Under the pieces are notes generated by a model, which worked only from the letters and a program-made list of their open reading frames with translations, ran no database searches and had not been told where the DNA came from. A DNA stretch of 60,161 bases, counting the filler. It is 7 parts of 7 records of this genome, joined end to end, with 100 filler letters (N's around TTAATTAATTAA, not from the genome) between each part and the next. Parts side by side here need not be neighbours in the genome. Positions count along the whole stretch, not along the records: positions 45,382 to 60,161 come from SRR31147125_31849; 6 more parts are not named here. One strand, 5' to 3'. Below, piece after piece: positions 54,796 to 60,161 of this stretch. Made by a program: the position numbers and the translations under genes. Position 1 is the stretch's first letter. Each line of letters starts with the position of its first letter.

Positions 54796-55890
54796 ATGGA
54801 GTTCATTATGGATATTCTCACACTCATTCCCAATCCGGATACCATACCAGCCCCGGCATGGCTTTTTCTGGTGCTGGATATTCTCTTGTTTACCCTGCAT
54901 ATTCTGCTCATCAATGTTATTTTGGGTGGCAGTCTAATTATTCTTTTCGCCAGACTGAGGCGGGATCACGATCCATTGGAAAACCGCCTGCACGATGCCG
55001 TTGCCGCTAAAATTCCGACCACATTTGCTCTGGGTATCAACATGGGTGTCGCGCCGCTGTTATTTCTACAGGTGATCTATGGGCATCTTTTTTATGCCAG
55101 CTCGGTTTTAATGGCTGTGTTCTGGATTGTTATTATTCCCATGCTTATTTTAGCCTATTATGGGGCTTATATTCACATTCGTAATTACAGTTCATCCAGC
55201 CTGCTTTCCAAAATGGCTATTGCCACGACCGCGTTACTGGTGTTATACATTGGATTTATTTTTGTAAATAATATGACCCTGATGGTGCAGCCGGAAAAAT
55301 GGAACACCTATTTCAGTCACCGTGGTGGCATGATACTTAACCTGGGCGATCCAACGATTCTCCCTCGCTATCTTCACTTTGTTTTTGCTTCTGTAGCTGT
55401 TGCCGGCTTGTTTCTCGCTCTTGTCTGGTCCATGCGGCGGCATAAAAATCCCAAAGAGGTGGATAGTAAAATTAAATCCGGTTTACAGATCTTTGGATAC
55501 GCGACTATTTTTCAAGCTGTCATCGGATTGTGGCTTTTATTAGCGATACCACGTGAATTCATGCTCAATTTTATGGGCGGACATATCTTTGCCACGATTC
55601 TGTTTCTTCTTGGATTTGCAAGTGCGATCGGTGCTATTGCCACTGCCTTTGCTAATAAATTACGGCCGACATTGATGATGTTTTTTATTACTATTTTGGC
55701 CATGGTTTTAACACGGCATAATTTACGTGACATGTATTTGCAGGATAAATACTCGCTGAGCAGCCTACAGCTTTCACCCCAATATGGTGTTATGATCCTC
55801 TTTTTTGTTGTGCTGGTAATAGGCCTTTTATCTGTTGGTTATATGCTTAAAATAGCCTTTACAAATAAACAAAGGAGGGCTGCCTCATGA
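54796..55890 (+). CDS. Polytopic membrane protein, CydA'-like partner subunit of a cytochrome bd-like complex
   Basis: About 9 TM; FTLHILLINVILGG, GVAPLLFLQVIYG, PRYLHF, MVLTRH; ATGA overlap with the next gene. Confidence 0.65.
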   Translation: MEFIMDILTLIPNPDTIPAPAWLFLVLDILLFTLHILLINVILGGSLIILFARLRRDHDPLENRLHDAVAAKIPTTFALGINMGVAPLLFLQVIYGHLFYASSVLMAVFWIVIIPMLILAYYGAYIHIRNYSSSSLLSKMAIATTALLVLYIGFIFVNNMTLMVQPEKWNTYFSHRGGMILNLGDPTILPRYLHFVFASVAVAGLFLALVWSMRRHKNPKEVDSKIKSGLQIFGYATIFQAVIGLWLLLAIPREFMLNFMGGHIFATILFLLGFASAIGAIATAFANKLRPTLMMFFITILAMVLTRHNLRDMYLQDKYSLSSLQLSPQYGVMILFFVVLVIGLLSVGYMLKIAFTNKQRRAAS

Positions 55891-58550
55891 ATTATCCTAT
55901 TTGGGAACTACCAACGATTGGTGGCGGCACCTTAATCGCTGTTATTTCGATTCTGCATGTGTATATATCTCATTTAGCTGTCGGTGGTGGCCTGTTCCTA
56001 TGGCTCACAGACTGGAAGGGATTTCGGGAACATAATCCGTCCATTCATATGTATGTGAAAAAGCACACCTGGTTTTTTCTGCTTTTAACCATGGTGTTCG
56101 GTGGCGTGAGTGGTGTTGGCATCTGGTTTATTATCGCATTGGTCAATCCGACGGCAACTTCCATGTTGATCCATAATTTTGTGTTTGGCTGGGCTATCGA
56201 GTGGGTGTTCTTTGTGGGTGAAATTGTGGCTCTGCTTATTTATCATTATAAATTTGACTCCCTGAACCGCAAGCATCGACTGACTGTGGCGTTTTTCTAT
56301 TTTCTTTTTGCCTGGCTGAGTCTGGTAATCATCAATGGCATACTGGCGTTTATGCTAACCCCAGGCAAATGGCTGCAAACACAGTATTTCTGGCACGGCT
56401 TTTTTAATCCGACTTATTTTTCTTCGCTGTTTTTTCGAACCTTTATCACCATGATTGTGGCAGGGTTATTTGGTTATGTGACCAGCATTTTTCTAAAAGA
56501 AGGCGATTTTCGGCAGACCATGATGACATACTGCAGCAAATGGCTGATCTATCCGTTGCCGGGACTTGTTTTATCCGGACTGTGGTACTATAATTCCATT
56601 CCGGCTGTTGTGCGGTTTACCAATTTCACGCTCAATCCGCAAACCAGTTTGTTTGTCAATTTATTTATTGTCACAACAATTGTCATTTTTGTGGTGGGTG
56701 TCCTTCTGTCACGTCGGGTGTCATTGGGCGCGCAACGCCTGCTGACATTTGTTGTGCTTTTTATTGGATTATTCTGGATGGGTGGTTTCGAATATACCCG
56801 TGAGATTGCCCGTAAGCCTTATATCATCAATCAGTATATGTATTCTACGTCCATTTTGAAAACAGATACTGACAAAATAAATAAACAGGGCCTGTTACAG
56901 ACAGCAAAATGGACAAATGTGCGACAAATCGCTACAGAAAATAGGGCAAAGGCAGGTAAGGAATTGTTTAGATTGCAGTGTCTCAGCTGTCATACTATCA
57001 ATGGCATCCGTAACGATGTGGTGAAAAGATCAAAAAACTATACCTATCTGGGCTTGTTGTCGCTATTGAGTGGTCAGGGTAAGGTAATGGACTATATGCC
57101 ACCATTTATGGGCACCGCTGAAGAAAAGGAAGCACTTGCTGTATACCTTGCTGCAGAGTTGCTCGATAAAGAGATAATGAGTGAACCAGGTCTGTATAAT
57201 GTGCATGAATTAGATGATATTACACCACCTTTTAATAAGCAAAAAGATGACTATATCCTACTGGCATGGAACGATCTGGGCATGCATTGTATTTCCGATA
57301 GTGATCCCTGGTTCGTTATTTTGCCGCCGGCGAATACATTGGAAGCTCAGTTGATAAAACGCGGTGAAGTGCCGGAGATCGTTATGGACGGTGTGGAACT
57401 TACCTATAATGTGGAACCGGGATTTGAAAATCCGGCCAGGCATGTGGATTTCTGGAAATATGCCGAATCCAATTTCGGTAGCACTCTTGAGGAGAATGTC
57501 GGGCTGGCTGGTAATGGCATATCCGGAACTTTTTATTTTAATGAGGACAGGAATAGTTTTATGGCTGAGGCCATTCCTGTAGTGCCTTACAAAGATGATG
57601 GTTCCTATCTGCCTTATCCGTCTTTTACTGTGACTGCAAAAAACAAGGAAACGGGGCAGGTATTGATGCAGACAAAGGTAATAACCCCAACTTCCACAGA
57701 ATTGGGCTGTCGCAATTGTCACGAGGGCGGCTGGCGTGTCAAAGATATAGCCGGTATAGATGCTAAAACGTCAAGTAATCTATTGCAGGTTCATGATCGT
57801 ATAAACAATACAAATCTTTATAAAATGGCTCTGGACAAAAAACCACAACTGTGCCAGAGTTGTCATGCTGATCCGGCGTTAAATTCGGAGGGCAAACCAG
57901 AGGTTCTGAATTTTTCCGCGGCCATGCATGGCTGGCATGCTAATTACATGCCTTATAATGATGCCCGGGCATGTGTGTTATGTCATCCGGCGTCCCAAAA
58001 GGGTAATACCCGTTGCGGGCGTGGAATTCATTTCACGTTGGGGCTTACCTGTATCGACTGTCATGGCAGTTTTCAGGAACACGCACTGTCATTACTCCGC
58101 AATGAAGAGGAAAAAGACGCTGCGAAACGATTGATGACGCATTTGCAGCCAACATCGGTGGAATCAGTTGAAAATGTAAATCCACGACAGCCATGGATTC
58201 AGGGCCCGGATTGTCTCACCTGTCACGAGGACTTTGAGAAGCCGGCAGAGGGTTATAATGCATTTAATGTCTGGAATGAGGCGTTTGAAGAGTTGTACCG
58301 GATTCGCACCGATAATGTGGGAATACGTTGTGCAGCCTGTCATGGTACGACGCACGCACTGTACCCGGCACATAATCCATATAATAAAAATCGTGACAAT
58401 ATGCAGCCCATGCAATATAGTGGTACACCCTATCCCATTGGCGCCAATTTATCCTGTGATGTGTGTCATACGGTGAAAATGGAAGACGCTGTGCATCATG
58501 AAAATATGGAGCATATGTTTCGGAATGCGGATTTGGTATTGACTGATTAA
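55887..58550 (+). CDS. Cytochrome bd subunit I (CydA)-like membrane domain fused to an octaheme c-type cytochrome
   Basis: HVYISHLAVGG, AIEWVFFVGE and REIARKPY match CydA motifs; 8 CxxCH: CLSCH, CRNCH, CQSCH, CVLCH, CIDCH, CLTCH, CAACH, CDVCH. Confidence 0.8.
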   Translation: MNYPIWELPTIGGGTLIAVISILHVYISHLAVGGGLFLWLTDWKGFREHNPSIHMYVKKHTWFFLLLTMVFGGVSGVGIWFIIALVNPTATSMLIHNFVFGWAIEWVFFVGEIVALLIYHYKFDSLNRKHRLTVAFFYFLFAWLSLVIINGILAFMLTPGKWLQTQYFWHGFFNPTYFSSLFFRTFITMIVAGLFGYVTSIFLKEGDFRQTMMTYCSKWLIYPLPGLVLSGLWYYNSIPAVVRFTNFTLNPQTSLFVNLFIVTTIVIFVVGVLLSRRVSLGAQRLLTFVVLFIGLFWMGGFEYTREIARKPYIINQYMYSTSILKTDTDKINKQGLLQTAKWTNVRQIATENRAKAGKELFRLQCLSCHTINGIRNDVVKRSKNYTYLGLLSLLSGQGKVMDYMPPFMGTAEEKEALAVYLAAELLDKEIMSEPGLYNVHELDDITPPFNKQKDDYILLAWNDLGMHCISDSDPWFVILPPANTLEAQLIKRGEVPEIVMDGVELTYNVEPGFENPARHVDFWKYAESNFGSTLEENVGLAGNGISGTFYFNEDRNSFMAEAIPVVPYKDDGSYLPYPSFTVTAKNKETGQVLMQTKVITPTSTELGCRNCHEGGWRVKDIAGIDAKTSSNLLQVHDRINNTNLYKMALDKKPQLCQSCHADPALNSEGKPEVLNFSAAMHGWHANYMPYNDARACVLCHPASQKGNTRCGRGIHFTLGLTCIDCHGSFQEHALSLLRNEEEKDAAKRLMTHLQPTSVESVENVNPRQPWIQGPDCLTCHEDFEKPAEGYNAFNVWNEAFEELYRIRTDNVGIRCAACHGTTHALYPAHNPYNKNRDNMQPMQYSGTPYPIGANLSCDVCHTVKMEDAVHHENMEHMFRNADLVLTD

Positions 58551-58563
58551 CGGGATTTAATCT

Positions 58564-58620
58564 TCTGAACCACAGATTGACGCTGTTTTATCGCAGAATC
58601 TGGTTAATCTGCGGTTCAGA
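58564..58620. repeat. Imperfect 18-bp inverted repeat (REP-like or mRNA 3' hairpin)
   Basis: TCTGAACCACAGATTGAC / GTTAATCTGCGGTTCAGA, 16 of 18 Watson-Crick pairs, no U tract. Confidence 0.65.
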
Positions 58621-59010
58621 CAGGGGGAAAGGACTGAGCTGTTTTTGATGAACCTTCCGGAGGTAGTGCTCGTTTATAGCCACCGGGTAAATCGATAAAG
58701 CGTTCATGTTTGAAAATATTTTTTAATTTGAAACCTTCGGAAGGGGGAACGATCATAGTGAAATTCCTGGTTTCGTTTAATCGTAAAAATAAAAATATTC
58801 AATAAAATCAGCTTTTAAAAACATTTTATTAACTTCATATCTGCCTCTCATCTTCACCCGTGGTTTTTTTCCCACATTTGCTAGGGGATTTTCACCCAAG
58901 ATTAACTTCAAAATTATTAAAAAGTTGTACGTTTGGTGAAGAAAAATCCCGCAGACCACCCTCAATTTACACCTACCTTACCATTTCTCTTTAACGTATA
59001 AACATATTAA

Positions 59011-59056
59011 TATCAAGTATTTAAATCCATTATAAATGTATGGCATCCCATTTGTA
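59011..59056 (+). promoter_or_regulatory. Putative IHF site plus sigma54 (-24/-12) promoter
   Basis: TATCAAGTATTTA matches WATCAANNNNTTR at 59011-59023; TGGCATCCCATTTGTA (GG-N10-GT) at 59041-59056. Confidence 0.55.
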
Positions 59057-59112
59057 TAAAGGAAAATAAAATCGGGATAATAAAATTATACTTGAAATGA
59101 AAGGATTCAAAG

Positions 59113-59418
59113 GTGAATGATTCCAATTCTAACAACGATGAGCTCAAATTTGCCTATTTGGTCTTAAATTATTTAATGCGAAATCCGGATGCCAAAGATA
59201 CTATCAGCGGCATCTCTCAATGGTGGATACTAAACGAAACTATTGATAATACAGTGGATAGAGTTGACAAAGCTCTTCGTTATCTGAAAGATGAGGGATT
59301 TATAAAGGTTCTTAAGCCTTATGACAGTGAATCCTACTATTGTATAAATGATTCAAATAAAAAACAAATCAGCAAATTTTTACTGGAAAGAGAAAAAGAG
59401 CTTTGGACTGTTAAATAA
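59113..59418 (+). CDS. Small winged-helix-like protein
   Basis: VLNYLMRNPDAKDTISGISQWWIL...VDKALRYLKDEGFI...YY pattern. Confidence 0.65.
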   Translation: MNDSNSNNDELKFAYLVLNYLMRNPDAKDTISGISQWWILNETIDNTVDRVDKALRYLKDEGFIKVLKPYDSESYYCINDSNKKQISKFLLEREKELWTVK

Positions 59419-59541
59419 AAACGCAACTTTTACTATCGTAATAATCACTAACGCAAAAAGGGAGGGTGAACAATATTAAAACCATGTAGTTTGGAAAATC
59501 CAATAATAAATCTACTAATAATTTTATTAAAGGAGAGTACA

Positions 59542-59700
59542 ATGTCACGAATCAAAAATTTTTTAAAGAGGGAAGAGGGTCAAACTTTTTCTGAATACGC
59601 ATTAATACTTGTATTACTGGTTGTGGTCGCAATGGTGGGTTTTACGCCGCTGGGTAATGCAATATTAGGTGTTTTGAACCAGGTTATCGGTCAATTGTAA
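59542..59700 (+). CDS. flp: Flp (type IVc/Tad) pilin
   Basis: AAGGAG RBS; MSRIKNFLKREEG|QTFSEYALIL with G cleavage site, E+5, Y+6 and a hydrophobic helix. Confidence 0.9.
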   Translation: MSRIKNFLKREEGQTFSEYALILVLLVVVAMVGFTPLGNAILGVLNQVIGQL

Positions 59701-59757
59701 GAAACGAGTTGGGTTTGGTAATTTTATCCATTCGACTCTTACAATCACGCTAGTTGG

Positions 59758-59973
59758 ATGAAGCTTTTTATGATTTTAAAAATGAAAAAGAGGGCTATTA
59801 AGATTTACAAAAAACTGACCGTTATTGATATAGTCAATATCAATAACGGTCAGACATTTCTGGAGCATGCATTGATTTTATTCTTTCTTGTTATAATAGC
59901 ACTTGTAGCCTTTAGAATGTACGGTCAAGCCATTTTAGCCCTCTTTCAAAATTTCGTCAACGCAGCTTTTTAA
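59758..59973 (+). CDS. Second Flp-like pilin
   Basis: NNG|QTFLEHALILFFLVIIALVAF; start codon uncertain. Confidence 0.72.
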   Translation: MKLFMILKMKKRAIKIYKKLTVIDIVNINNGQTFLEHALILFFLVIIALVAFRMYGQAILALFQNFVNAAF

Positions 59974-59989
59974 TAGTGAAGGAAGAAGC

Positions 59990-60161
59990 ATGTCCATCAC
60001 ATTATTGACATCCATTTTATTTGTATCGGCATTATTAATGGCTTCCTTTTATGATTATAAGTGGAGGCGAATCCCCAATTTTATTACCATGCCATTAATT
60101 TTGGTGGGTTTTGTCATGAACTATACCTTTTATGGGTGGTTTGGTGTCAAAGCTTCTTTTT
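59990..60161 (+). CDS. cpaA: Prepilin peptidase CpaA/TadV (A24), N-terminal part (not in ORF track)
   Basis: My translation: MSITLLTSILFVSALLMASFYDYKWRRIPNFITMPLILVG; D....RIPN motif directly after two flp genes. Confidence 0.8.
   Translation, partial: MSITLLTSILFVSALLMASFYDYKWRRIPNFITMPLILVGFVMNYTFYGWFGVKASF

Noticed and set aside
58620-59010. c-di-GMP riboswitch upstream of the Tad genes
   Set aside because: I could not find the GEMM two-hairpin consensus on either strand.
1-60161. tRNA, rRNA, CRISPR arrays, IS transposases
   Set aside because: None recognised by eye on either strand; a covariance-model search would be needed to exclude small RNAs.

Overview
This window is not one locus. 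It is seven unrelated contigs joined by six 100-bp spacers (N44-TTAATTAATTAA-N44, stops in all six frames) at 5861-5960, 11191-11290, 20121-20220, 28568-28667, 36454-36553 and 45282-45381, so gene context must not be read across spacers. (1) 1-5860, Bacteroidota-like: membrane pyrophosphatase hppA, ribD, a TPR/Ig/caspase-like protein whose catalytic His is replaced, and a beta-propeller sensor. (2) 5961-11190, AT-rich Clostridia-like: B12 radical SAM, LysM protein, UvrD helicase with an inserted DEDDh exonuclease. (3) 11291-20120, Bacteroidota-like: coupled receiver/YaiO barrel/HEAT/GT2 operon, kdsB, SLOG protein, heparinase II/III-like lyase, acyl-CoA dehydrogenase. (4) 20221-28567, GC-richer Clostridia-like: FAD oxidoreductase, CPBP protease, MMPL operon with an OmpR/kinase pair. 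(5) 28668-36453, Bacteroidota-like: rpsL-rpsG-fusA, LytS/LytTR pair, lipoprotein, lemA. (6) 36554-45281: part of a Bacteroidota ICE with a methylase-helicase, two excisionase-like HTH genes and a large serine recombinase. (7) 45382-60161, probably an FCB-group organism (e.g. KSB1/Calditrichota, inferred): a 1724-aa cohesin/dockerin surface protein, orphan carB, a CydA'/CydA pair fused to eight c-type hemes, and the start of a Flp/Tad locus behind a sigma54/IHF-type promoter. Seven single-base frameshifts in short runs are probably sequencing errors. Best candidates for new biology: the octaheme bd-like complex, the receiver/YaiO/HEAT/GT2 operon, and the permuted and interleaved domains of the 1724-aa protein. 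All calls come from motif reading by eye; no database search was run.
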